This document shows positions 1 through 7,652 of a stretch of 29,041 bases of DNA, piece by piece. The DNA comes from a virus (taxonomy: Duplodnaviria; Caudoviricetes). How positions within the stretch are numbered: position 1 is the stretch's first letter; each line of letters opens with the position of its first letter. Location of the stretch: IMG/VR virus record IMGVR_UViG_3300038674_000077, positions 1 through 29,041 of that record, one strand, 5' to 3'. The notes under the pieces were generated by a model. The model ran no database searches and was not told the DNA's origin. It saw only the letters and a program-made list of their open reading frames with translations. The translations under genes were made by a program, and so were the position numbers.

Positions 1-124
1 GCCAAAATCTTATTCGAGTTATCTGTCTATTGCATTACCCTCCCCTCCACCTCCAATGTGTTACAGCGGGAAAAGATAGCGCTTATACACATCGTATGAT
101 ACTAAAACGAACGTTTTAAAATCA

Positions 125-149
125 TAACAGCTTGATTTTCAATGATTTA
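125..149. other. Interrupted palindrome, possible dimeric protein binding site
   Basis: TAA-N4-TTGA-N3-TCAA-N4-TTA. Confidence 0.4.
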
Positions 150-164
150 CGCTATTTTATAGAT

Positions 165-268
165 GGGGGGGGGGGTAAAAACGGCCAAAGTATTGTATGG
201 TGCAAACACCTTATTTCTGAAAAAAAAAATTTTTTTTAAAAAAGAAAAATTCGAAAATTTTGAAAAAA
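165..268. repeat. Homopolymer tracts in a non-coding region
   Basis: G11 at 165-175, A10-T8 at 220-237, then several further A/T tracts. Confidence 0.8.
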
Positions 269-269
269 C

Positions 270-369
270 GATTTTAAGGCCGTTTTAAGGCGTTGTTTTT
301 ATGTCGGTGGGTAATTAGTCCACTTATGGCATAAAAGTGCCTTGTAGGGCTTAAAAAGCGGTTTAAATC
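270..369 (+). repeat. Long imperfect hairpin, dispersed element copy 1
   Basis: TTTTATGTC/GGCATAAAA, GTGGG/TCCAC, TTTTAAG/CTTAAAA and GATTT/AAATC stems; similar to 1315-1410. Confidence 0.65.
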
Positions 370-431
370 AAATTATTTAGTATTTGGTTGCCAAAGGTCT
401 TTGAAAAAGTATGTTTTGTGTGTGTTGGATA

Positions 432-558
432 ATATATAGTTTACCATTATACGAAAATATGGTAAGCGATATTACATATAGTTTACTTTATATATATAGT
501 TACCTATATTATATATAGTAATCTTTATATATAGTATTTACTATTTTTAATAAGTTAC
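432..558. repeat. Degenerate AT-rich direct repeats (ATATATAGT-T-TAC), iteron-like
   Basis: About six copies starting near 432, 474, 492, 511, 527 and 548. Confidence 0.65.
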
Positions 559-595
559 CCTTATTATGTTAAAGTAGTGTTAAATATGGATTTGT

Positions 596-629
596 TTTGC
601 AATTATTCAAAATATAATATTTATATTTG
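596..629 (+). promoter_or_regulatory. Bacteroidota sigma-A type promoter for the early operon
   Basis: TTTG (596-599), 22 nt spacer, TATATTTG (622-629), upstream of CDS 725; spacer slightly long. Confidence 0.55.
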
Positions 630-724
630 TGCCGTGTTTCGTGTTATTATGGTTATCTATATACATGGAATACCAATTAAAATAGTTACTTATATAAATA
701 AAAGAAAGTTATATTTTATATTTT

Positions 725-1315
725 ATGATTACAAAGGAACAAACAAAGGATTTCATTGCCCGTGCATACGATATTGCCGTTAAGCACGGATTTCACGAAA
801 AGATGTTGACCGTCGAGCACATGATGATGCTGGTGTTGTCGGAGATAGGTGAGGCCGTAGAGGCCGACCGTCGTAACATACATGCCAATTTGTACGGTTT
901 TGAACTTTGCAAGGGCTTGACGTACAATGACCGTTTCAAGAACTATGTAAAGGATAGCGTCGAGGATGAAATGGCCGACGTAGCCATTCGCCTTTTCGAC
1001 CTTTGCGGAACATTGAACATCACACCTACCGACCGATTCGAATCGTGCCGCGAACTCTTTAAGGATTTCCGAAAGAACTATCAATGGCACTCTTTTTGTG
1101 AACGTGCATTCGTCCTTTCCGCTATCCTTTGCCATGCCGACGGCGCAAGCGTGACGGATGACGGTAGCGGCAAAAGCCTACCCGATATTATCGGTGCGGC
1201 ACTGTTATTTCTTTTTGCTATGGCCGATGACATGAATGTGGACTTTATACGCCATATCGAACTAAAAATGGAATATAACAAAACAAGACCAAAGAAACAT
1301 GGCAAGAAATACTAA
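725..1315 (+). CDS. MazG-like all-alpha NTP pyrophosphohydrolase
   Basis: SEIGEAVEADR and SVEDEMADVAIRLFDL acidic motifs; C-terminal KMEYNKTRPKKHGKKY typical of phage MazG-like proteins. Confidence 0.8.
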   Translation: MITKEQTKDFIARAYDIAVKHGFHEKMLTVEHMMMLVLSEIGEAVEADRRNIHANLYGFELCKGLTYNDRFKNYVKDSVEDEMADVAIRLFDLCGTLNITPTDRFESCRELFKDFRKNYQWHSFCERAFVLSAILCHADGASVTDDGSGKSLPDIIGAALLFLFAMADDMNVDFIRHIELKMEYNKTRPKKHGKKY

Positions 1316-1410
1316 TTTTAAGACCCGTCTGGCCGCTTTCTATATCCGTGTGGTGTCATTATACCACTTTGCTACGGATTGGGCTTGTAGGGTGTTCAGA
1401 AAGCGTCAGA
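1315..1410 (+). repeat. Long imperfect hairpin, dispersed element copy 2
   Basis: CGCTTTCT/AGAAAGCG, ATCCGT/ACGGAT and GTGGTGT/ATACCAC stems; shares ATTTTAAG, GTGG..ATTA..CCACTT and CTTGTAGGG with copy 1. Confidence 0.65.
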
Positions 1411-1430
1411 ACAAATAAAACTATATAGAC

Positions 1431-1613
1431 ATGAAAAAGTATAAGATTGAGTTTGACTACATGGGTATCAAAACGACGGTTGATTTGCGTCGCGTCGTTG
1501 CGGTATCGCGCCCTAAAAGCGGAAAATTTCTCGTTTATTTCGAGAATGCCGTTTGGTCTGTGAATGAAAGCGAGTTCGAGAACGTATATAATGCTTGGAT
1601 GGCAATATTATAA
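1431..1613 (+). CDS. Hypothetical protein, 60 aa
   Basis: ATG after an A-rich leader, in operon orientation. Confidence 0.7.
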   Translation: MKKYKIEFDYMGIKTTVDLRRVVAVSRPKSGKFLVYFENAVWSVNESEFENVYNAWMAIL

Positions 1614-1623
1614 TGATGGTACT

Positions 1624-1797
1624 ATGACATGTTCGGATTGTAAGTTTTGGCGGCGCAAGCCCGATGCAAACGGATATTGCACGTGTCTTTGGCCTTCCAA
1701 GCCATGTGAACAAACACGGCGTTACAAGGCAAAGCAAAAGCGTAACAAGAAAAAACTTGAAATGTATGGCAAAGGTCCTAAGAAAATGCGGTTTTAG
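1624..1797 (+). CDS. Small Cys-rich basic protein, possible zinc finger
   Basis: Start re-called to ATG 1624; MTCSDC...CTC...PC followed by a Lys-rich tail. Confidence 0.6.
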   Translation: MTCSDCKFWRRKPDANGYCTCLWPSKPCEQTRRYKAKQKRNKKKLEMYGKGPKKMRF

Positions 1798-1901
1798 CGG
1801 ATTTAACGGTCAATCGTGGTACACATATCTACTTTTCTGGTGTCTATTTGCGGGTTTATAAAGAAGAATTTTTATGTTTAATAAATAAAATAATTAAAAT
1901 T

Positions 1902-2294
1902 ATGAGTGATATTACAGGAAAAGTTATTGCAATTTCAGAGCCACAAAGATTTGTTTCTAAAAAGAACGGAAACGAATATGTGACTACGGTGTTCGTCATC
2001 GAGACCCAAAGCCAGTATCCTAAGAAAGTGGCCATGAAAGTAATGGGCGAGGATAAGTTCAAGCAGATGGGCATTGTCATGGGCGGTACTTACAACGTTT
2101 CATTTGACGTGGAAAGCCGCGAATGGCAAGGCAAATGGTTCACGGAATGTCAAGCGTGGAGAACGCAACGTGTGGACGGTGCGCAAGAACAAACTCAACA
2201 AACACAGACTACTCAACAACCAGCCACTGCTCCTGCACAAAACCCTTTGCCCGAAAATAACGGCGGTGACGGCGACTGGTCTGTACCATTCTAA
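1902..2294 (+). CDS. DUF3127-family OB-fold (SSB-like) protein
   Basis: ITGKVIAI, QYPKKVA, VSFDVESREWQGKWFTECQAWR; Gln-rich linker and acidic ...VPF tail; start re-called to ATG 1902. Confidence 0.85.
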   Translation: MSDITGKVIAISEPQRFVSKKNGNEYVTTVFVIETQSQYPKKVAMKVMGEDKFKQMGIVMGGTYNVSFDVESREWQGKWFTECQAWRTQRVDGAQEQTQQTQTTQQPATAPAQNPLPENNGGDGDWSVPF

Positions 2295-2301
2295 CGTTAC
2301 T

Positions 2302-2640
2302 ATGGCTAAAGACGTATTACAATCCCTTTGCCGTGAATATCTTTCACGCTTGCGCTACATGGCAGAAAAGCACGGCCTTTTGCCTTGGGTTGATGAAACC
2401 ATTAAGGCTAACCGTCGGCACGATTGCGAGGCAACGAAAAAGGATGTTGAAATGTTGTCAAGGCTTTGTAATGATGAACGTGTCACGAGAACCGATGTAC
2501 CTAAGATGTTGGGCAAGTCGTATCGGCAAAGTGTCGATGACGATGACTTTTCCCGAATACGCCACTTGCCCCGTCTTGGTACTTATCTCAAACTTGATGC
2601 GTTGCTTTTGAAAGATAAACAGGAAAGAAAAATAAAGTAA
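2302..2640 (+). CDS. Hypothetical protein, possible C-terminal helix-turn-helix
   Basis: Start re-called to ATG 2302, just after the DUF3127 stop; VTRTDVPKMLGKSYRQ resembles an HTH. Confidence 0.65.
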   Translation: MAKDVLQSLCREYLSRLRYMAEKHGLLPWVDETIKANRRHDCEATKKDVEMLSRLCNDERVTRTDVPKMLGKSYRQSVDDDDFSRIRHLPRLGTYLKLDALLLKDKQERKIK

Positions 2641-2645
2641 TTTAT

Positions 2646-3104
2646 ATGCAACAAGATTTATTTGGTTTTGATGACGTTCAAATAGAAAAAGATGAACGTT
2701 ATACAGACAAGGTGGGTGCTCCAATATACACCCCAAGCGAAAAGTGTCCTTTCGTTGGTGAACTTTATGACAAGACAAAGTATAATAATTTGATGAGACA
2801 AATTGAAGCATCTGATGTAAGCGAGCAAGAAAAGAACTTTTTGAAACTTGCGGCATCACGTCATATTGTTTTTAGATATTCCAAAATTGCAGATTACTAT
2901 GCCCATGCAAGCAAGGAAATGCAACGTCTTATGGAAAGAAGTGCTCTTGTGATTATAGATTTCAATAAGGCTATTGAGTATGGTTACGTTAAGTTGTCGA
3001 AAAACATTGAACAAATACAACGTACAACAGGCCGTTGGGCGTCTGACGAATACTCAAGTCATTGGCGCAATACAAAGAATAACGAAAACAAGCAGGAGGA
3101 GTAA
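2646..3104 (+). CDS. Helical partner protein of GREB1/TAGT-like phage glycosyltransferases
   Basis: APIYTP, EKNFLKLAASRHIVFRYSKIADYYAHASKEMQRLMERSALVIIDFNKAIEYGYV; recalled as a domain usually adjacent to this GT family, sometimes ParB-fused; N-terminal QQDLF. Confidence 0.65.
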   Translation: MQQDLFGFDDVQIEKDERYTDKVGAPIYTPSEKCPFVGELYDKTKYNNLMRQIEASDVSEQEKNFLKLAASRHIVFRYSKIADYYAHASKEMQRLMERSALVIIDFNKAIEYGYVKLSKNIEQIQRTTGRWASDEYSSHWRNTKNNENKQEE

Positions 3105-3106
3105 TT

Positions 3107-4780
3107 ATGAAAGCAATCATATTAAGTGGAGGGTCTGGCAATGACGCCTTATTGAAGGGTATATATGGCCTTTATCCAACTATCGACTTGAAGGTTGTCG
3201 TTAATGCTTATGATGATGGAAAATCAACAGGTCTTTGTCGCACGTTGACCAACACATTAGGAGTAAGCGATATACGCAAAAATCATGCTCGCATCTACAA
3301 GATATTTCACAATGCAAGTTTGAATGGCAATATCGTTTCGTTTTTTGATGAACGTTTTGACTTACCAAAAGGCGAGGAATACGAGTTTGTTGTATCTAAA
3401 TTGCATGAATGGGGATTGTCGTGTTTTGATATATGGGCAAAGACTTTCTTTGAAACACCAAGTGCAAAAGAAAAAGTATTTGAAGATTTTTCCATTGCTA
3501 ATATTGTGTATTCTTCCATGTATAAAGAGTTGGGGTACGAGGCAACCAATGAAACAATATGCACAAAGTTCGATATTCCGAACAACGTGCTCCTTAATTC
3601 GTTTGAAAACGTAAAACTGAGCGCAAAAACCCACAATTCTATTCTCGTTGACGAAGCAAGCATTGTCGGTTTTGATAACGATGAAGATAGGATTGAAAGT
3701 TTGTTGTATAACTCGGATGCTCCTATCACAATAAATCCTATTGTAGTTGAAGAATTGCAAGATGCTGACATGATAATAATATCTTGTGGTACGTTTTGGA
3801 GTTCAATATATCCAACTTTGGAATACGGTGGTCTCTATCGCGCAATCAACAAATCAAAAGCCTTTAAGATTTGGGTAATGAATAGCACACAAGATAAAGA
3901 TGCAAGAGGGATATGTAGCAATCATTTTATAAGCATCGTGTCTAATCTTGGTCTTGATATGTCAAAGTTCGTGGTTTTAGAAAACGTGGATGCAGACCCA
4001 ATTCTATGCCAACAGTCCACAAAATATGACGTGGCATATTATCCAATGGGAAACAACAATGGGAAACACGAACCTCTATTGTTGGCTAAAGCAATATTCA
4101 AAGAGTTCTTTCATTTGAGGACAATGCCATATAAGCACGTGTTGATGGATTTTGATAACACTATATATTCAAAAGACAATGTGAGAATATCTTATGAAAA
4201 TATAAGAGCAATATCACAAAGGCCTAACATACAAATTGTTTCTGGCAATGACTATAAAACAGCAATCAAGCCAATATTGGATAGTTGTTATAATATACAT
4301 AACAATGTTTGGGCAGATGCGTCTTCTGTGTTATATGTTGATGGGAATAAGAAATTTGTTATTCGCAAACACTTGATAAACAAGAAAGCAATATCATTTG
4401 TCGAAAAAAGTCTATATAATAGTTTTGGCATTGATGGCAAACCTAATAACGAAGATTTTATGTCTTGTTACAAAATGAAACCATTTACCGATTTGGAACG
4501 TCGTATGTTGCTACAATATCTTAATGGATATATGTTTAAGGCTTATGGAATAAAAGGATTGAAAGCCATTTCTGCTGGCCGTACAACGATTGACATTGTA
4601 GCAAGCAATAATAGCAAGGCAAACATTTTTAAGGCTTATCATATAAACCCAAAAGATTGCCTTTATATAGGTGACGAAACAGAAGATTATGGCAATGATT
4701 ACGAAATTGCCCATGCTTGTGCCAAATACATACGTGTAGCAAACGTTATTGAAACGAATATAATTCTAAAAGTATTGTAA
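3107..4780 (+). CDS. CofD/YvcK(GlmR)-like transferase fused to a HAD-IIB (phosphomannomutase-like) domain
   Basis: N-terminal ILSGGSG, NAYDDGKSTG, SDIRK, ADMIIISCGTFWSSIYP, KHEPLLLA; C-terminal HAD motifs DFDNT, VSG, GRTTIDI..SK, YIGDE..GNDYEI. Confidence 0.85.
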   Translation: MKAIILSGGSGNDALLKGIYGLYPTIDLKVVVNAYDDGKSTGLCRTLTNTLGVSDIRKNHARIYKIFHNASLNGNIVSFFDERFDLPKGEEYEFVVSKLHEWGLSCFDIWAKTFFETPSAKEKVFEDFSIANIVYSSMYKELGYEATNETICTKFDIPNNVLLNSFENVKLSAKTHNSILVDEASIVGFDNDEDRIESLLYNSDAPITINPIVVEELQDADMIIISCGTFWSSIYPTLEYGGLYRAINKSKAFKIWVMNSTQDKDARGICSNHFISIVSNLGLDMSKFVVLENVDADPILCQQSTKYDVAYYPMGNNNGKHEPLLLAKAIFKEFFHLRTMPYKHVLMDFDNTIYSKDNVRISYENIRAISQRPNIQIVSGNDYKTAIKPILDSCYNIHNNVWADASSVLYVDGNKKFVIRKHLINKKAISFVEKSLYNSFGIDGKPNNEDFMSCYKMKPFTDLERRMLLQYLNGYMFKAYGIKGLKAISAGRTTIDIVASNNSKANIFKAYHINPKDCLYIGDETEDYGNDYEIAHACAKYIRVANVIETNIILKVL

Positions 4781-4781
4781 C

Positions 4782-5477
4782 ATGACAACAGGCTTGATTT
4801 TTAGCGCAGGAAAAGAAACACGATTTGACGATGAAAGACCCAAAGCATTGTCGATGATTGGAGATGTATGTTTGCTTGATTACAACATTGCATGCCTATC
4901 AATGTATTGTGATGATGTTTATGTAGTTTGTTCTCAGCAAAACAAGGATTGGTTTGAACACTACGAAACCATTACAATAAAAAGTGGGTATGGTTGTGGC
5001 AATGCCGTATTACAAGCATTAAGTCAAATACCATCAAACTATTCAGACCACGTATTTATTGCTTGGGGCGATTGTGTGCTTTGTGATGAAGTTTTGAAAG
5101 AAACAAAAAGCAAGTTTGAGCATTGCAGATATCTTGTAATACCATGTGCTTTTGAGCACGACCCATACGTAAGGCTCGTTAAAAACGACAACAGCGTAAA
5201 AGTTGAGTTCAAAAAGTATGGAGAGGTTAAAGGAGATGGATTTCACGACTTTGGTGTTTTCTTTGGGTATTTAAGATATATTCGTTATTATTTGAACGAA
5301 TTTCACACAAAGACATTCGACACAAATACTTACGAATATACTCACAAGCATAACAATGAAATGCAATTCCTTGATGTGGTGAACGAAACTAATATTGAAG
5401 TTGCACTTTTACCATTTGAAGATATTGCTATAAAGTCATTTAACACAAAAGAAGAATTAAAAAACATAAGATTATGA
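4782..5477 (+). CDS. Sugar/polyol-phosphate nucleotidyltransferase (GlmU-N/MobA/IspD-like GT-A fold)
   Basis: IFSAGKETRF....PKAL signature, AWGD, C-terminal SFNTKEEL. Confidence 0.85.
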   Translation: MTTGLIFSAGKETRFDDERPKALSMIGDVCLLDYNIACLSMYCDDVYVVCSQQNKDWFEHYETITIKSGYGCGNAVLQALSQIPSNYSDHVFIAWGDCVLCDEVLKETKSKFEHCRYLVIPCAFEHDPYVRLVKNDNSVKVEFKKYGEVKGDGFHDFGVFFGYLRYIRYYLNEFHTKTFDTNTYEYTHKHNNEMQFLDVVNETNIEVALLPFEDIAIKSFNTKEELKNIRL

Positions 5478-6388
5478 ATAACGAAATAAGAGATGACTTT
5501 GCTTGTCTTATTTTGTCTCATGGTAGGGCTCATGGGGTAAAGACTGTGAAAGAACTTTTGGATTGTGGTTATACTGGAAAGTATTATATCATTATTGACA
5601 ACGAAGATGACCAACAAGAGGAATACAAGACTGTGTTTGGTGAAGAACATATTGTTGTGTTTGACAAGTTGAAGAAGTCTTTGGAATGCGAAACGTGCGA
5701 TATACCACGTAAAAGAAATGCAGTTTTATATGCACGTGAATCTTGTTTTGAAATAGCAAAAGAACTTGGCCTTACCTATTTTCTTGAACTTGATGATGAC
5801 TATGATGCTTTTTCTTCACGAATTGAAAAGAATGGTACTTTGTCGCAAGTGTATGTAAAGAAGATGAACGCAATAATAAATGAAATGTTGGAGTTCTTGG
5901 AAACATCAGGTGCGACATGTGTTGCATTTGCTCAAAATGGAGACTTTATTGGAGGTCTTGGAAGTACGATGTATCGCGAGCGTGTGCATAGGAAGATAAT
6001 GAATGCGTTTTTTTGCAAGACTGACAGACCATTTCACTTTATCGGCCGAATGAACGATGATGTAAATACGTACTTATTAGAAGGGAGTCGTGGAACATTG
6101 TTTATGACCGTGGCAGACTGTTCGTTACGTCAAACTGTAACACAAAAGACTAGAGGAGGACTTACTGAAATGTATCAAGAAAATGGTACATACGTAAAAT
6201 CGTTCTTTAGTGTACTTACAAATCCGTCTTGCGTTAAGGTAGGTGAAATGGGGCAGTTTCATAAGCGTATGCACCACAGCGTTTCTTGGGAAAATGCAGT
6301 ACCTAAGATTATTCGTGAAGATTGGCGTAAGCCAGATAATGAGCAGTTAAAAGAAAAGAAAGAACCAATACAATCAAGTTTGTTCTAA
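5474..6388 (+). CDS. GREB1/TAGT-like GT-A fold glycosyltransferase
   Basis: ILSHGRA, IIIDNED, FLELDDDY (DxD), FAQNGDFIGG, GRMNDDVNTY, GGLTEMY..GTYVKSF, RMHHSVSWENAVPKI; ATGA overlap with upstream gene. Confidence 0.8.
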   Translation: MNNEIRDDFACLILSHGRAHGVKTVKELLDCGYTGKYYIIIDNEDDQQEEYKTVFGEEHIVVFDKLKKSLECETCDIPRKRNAVLYARESCFEIAKELGLTYFLELDDDYDAFSSRIEKNGTLSQVYVKKMNAIINEMLEFLETSGATCVAFAQNGDFIGGLGSTMYRERVHRKIMNAFFCKTDRPFHFIGRMNDDVNTYLLEGSRGTLFMTVADCSLRQTVTQKTRGGLTEMYQENGTYVKSFFSVLTNPSCVKVGEMGQFHKRMHHSVSWENAVPKIIREDWRKPDNEQLKEKKEPIQSSLF

Positions 6389-6408
6389 CATATTAAACAA
6401 CAAAGATT

Positions 6409-7044
6409 ATGCAATTGAAAGTTATTGAACAAAGGGAACAAATCGAAAAGTTGCTCGAAAAGCATGATATTCGTTTTGTTGAGGTTGGTGAAAAAGATAT
6501 TTGTTTCACAGACCCAGTGCCGTATGATGTCATGGTAGAAATAGTGGATTTCCTTCGTACCGACGCTCCGCGAAAGGAACTGTTCGAGGAATGTTGGGTA
6601 GCATACAATCGCAAGGGTAGCAAGAAGAAATCCTTGGAATATTGGAAGAAACTTACAGATGTCGAGAAACAAAATGTGATGCCGCATATCAAGGCGTATG
6701 TATCTACCCGTGAATTGCAATATCAAAAGGACTTTGAACGTTATTTGCGCGATAAGATATTTATGACCGTCGTATTCGGAAACAACAAGGTCGTTTATGA
6801 CCCGTCGAAACTTGGGCGCGGCGAGGTACAAAGTAATGTTTACATGCCTACGTGTGATGGTGCATTGTCTTGGAACGAATACTATAATTGCTTCATGTAC
6901 GTTGGCTATTGGGATGGCAAGCACATTCCAGACGGCTACGACGATGACACGCGCCCAGACGGTGCAAGTGTAACGCTTAACAATGGTAGGGGTGTTATAT
7001 CGTGGGATGCAGAAACAAAAGAATGGAGGAAAACAAATGAATGA
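6409..7044 (+). CDS. Replication protein with replisome-organiser-like helical domain
   Basis: FEECWVAYNRKGSKKKSLEYWKKL...YQKDFERYL resembles the C-terminal domain of phage initiators; lies upstream of the primase-helicase. Confidence 0.55.
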   Translation: MQLKVIEQREQIEKLLEKHDIRFVEVGEKDICFTDPVPYDVMVEIVDFLRTDAPRKELFEECWVAYNRKGSKKKSLEYWKKLTDVEKQNVMPHIKAYVSTRELQYQKDFERYLRDKIFMTVVFGNNKVVYDPSKLGRGEVQSNVYMPTCDGALSWNEYYNCFMYVGYWDGKHIPDGYDDDTRPDGASVTLNNGRGVISWDAETKEWRKTNE

Positions 7045-7645
7045 AATTTGGAAAGACGCAAAAGGTTGGGAGGGTTGCTATCAAGTAAGCAACCTTGGTA
7101 ATGTTCGTTCTATTGATAGATATGTTCGCACAAATAGAGGTGCGTTGCGAATTGTAAGAGGGAATATTAAAAGGTTACATCAAAATAAAGACGGATATTT
7201 AACAACGCATTTTCGTAACAAAAAGGAAGGCAAAGGTGCGACAGTATTAGTACATCGAATCGTAGCCGAAACTTTTATAGAAAGGGTAAATGGCAAAAAT
7301 GCAATTGACCACATTAACGGTGTGCGTGCGGACAATCGTGTTGAAAATCTAAGATGGTGTACTAACAAGGAAAATTCAAACTTTCCACTTGCACGAAAAA
7401 ATATAAGTAAAGGAATACAAATGTCTTTAAGATCCAACCATGTTTTAATGCAATTGAAAATAGATAACATTAAAAAAATAAATGCAACACCAATAAACGT
7501 TTATAAAAACGGAATATTTTTTAAGAAATTTTCAAGCCAACGGGATGCTGAACGATACATTGGTTACACTCAAGGCGTAGTCAATAAATACTTAAAAGGA
7601 AAAATGACGAATAAAGATGGATTTACGTTTGAATATATAAGATAA
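7037..7645 (+). CDS. NUMOD4-HNH homing endonuclease
   Basis: EIWKDAKGWEGCYQVSNLGNVRS (NUMOD4); VHRIVAETF, IDHINGVRADNRVENLRWCT (HNH); start re-called to ATG 7037. Confidence 0.9.
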   Translation: MNEIWKDAKGWEGCYQVSNLGNVRSIDRYVRTNRGALRIVRGNIKRLHQNKDGYLTTHFRNKKEGKGATVLVHRIVAETFIERVNGKNAIDHINGVRADNRVENLRWCTNKENSNFPLARKNISKGIQMSLRSNHVLMQLKIDNIKKINATPINVYKNGIFFKKFSSQRDAERYIGYTQGVVNKYLKGKMTNKDGFTFEYIR

Positions 7646-7652
7646 TTTATTT

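Noticed and set aside
432-558. Possible CRISPR-like mini-array
   Set aside because: Units are short and degenerate, with no spacer-length unique sequences
577-783. 68 aa ORF
   Set aside because: Overlaps the promoter and the MazG-like start; low-complexity AT-rich translation
3107-5477. F420 cofactor biosynthesis as an auxiliary metabolic pathway
   Set aside because: No Fo synthase or CofE, motifs look closer to YvcK-type proteins, and the context is a glycosyltransferase cassette
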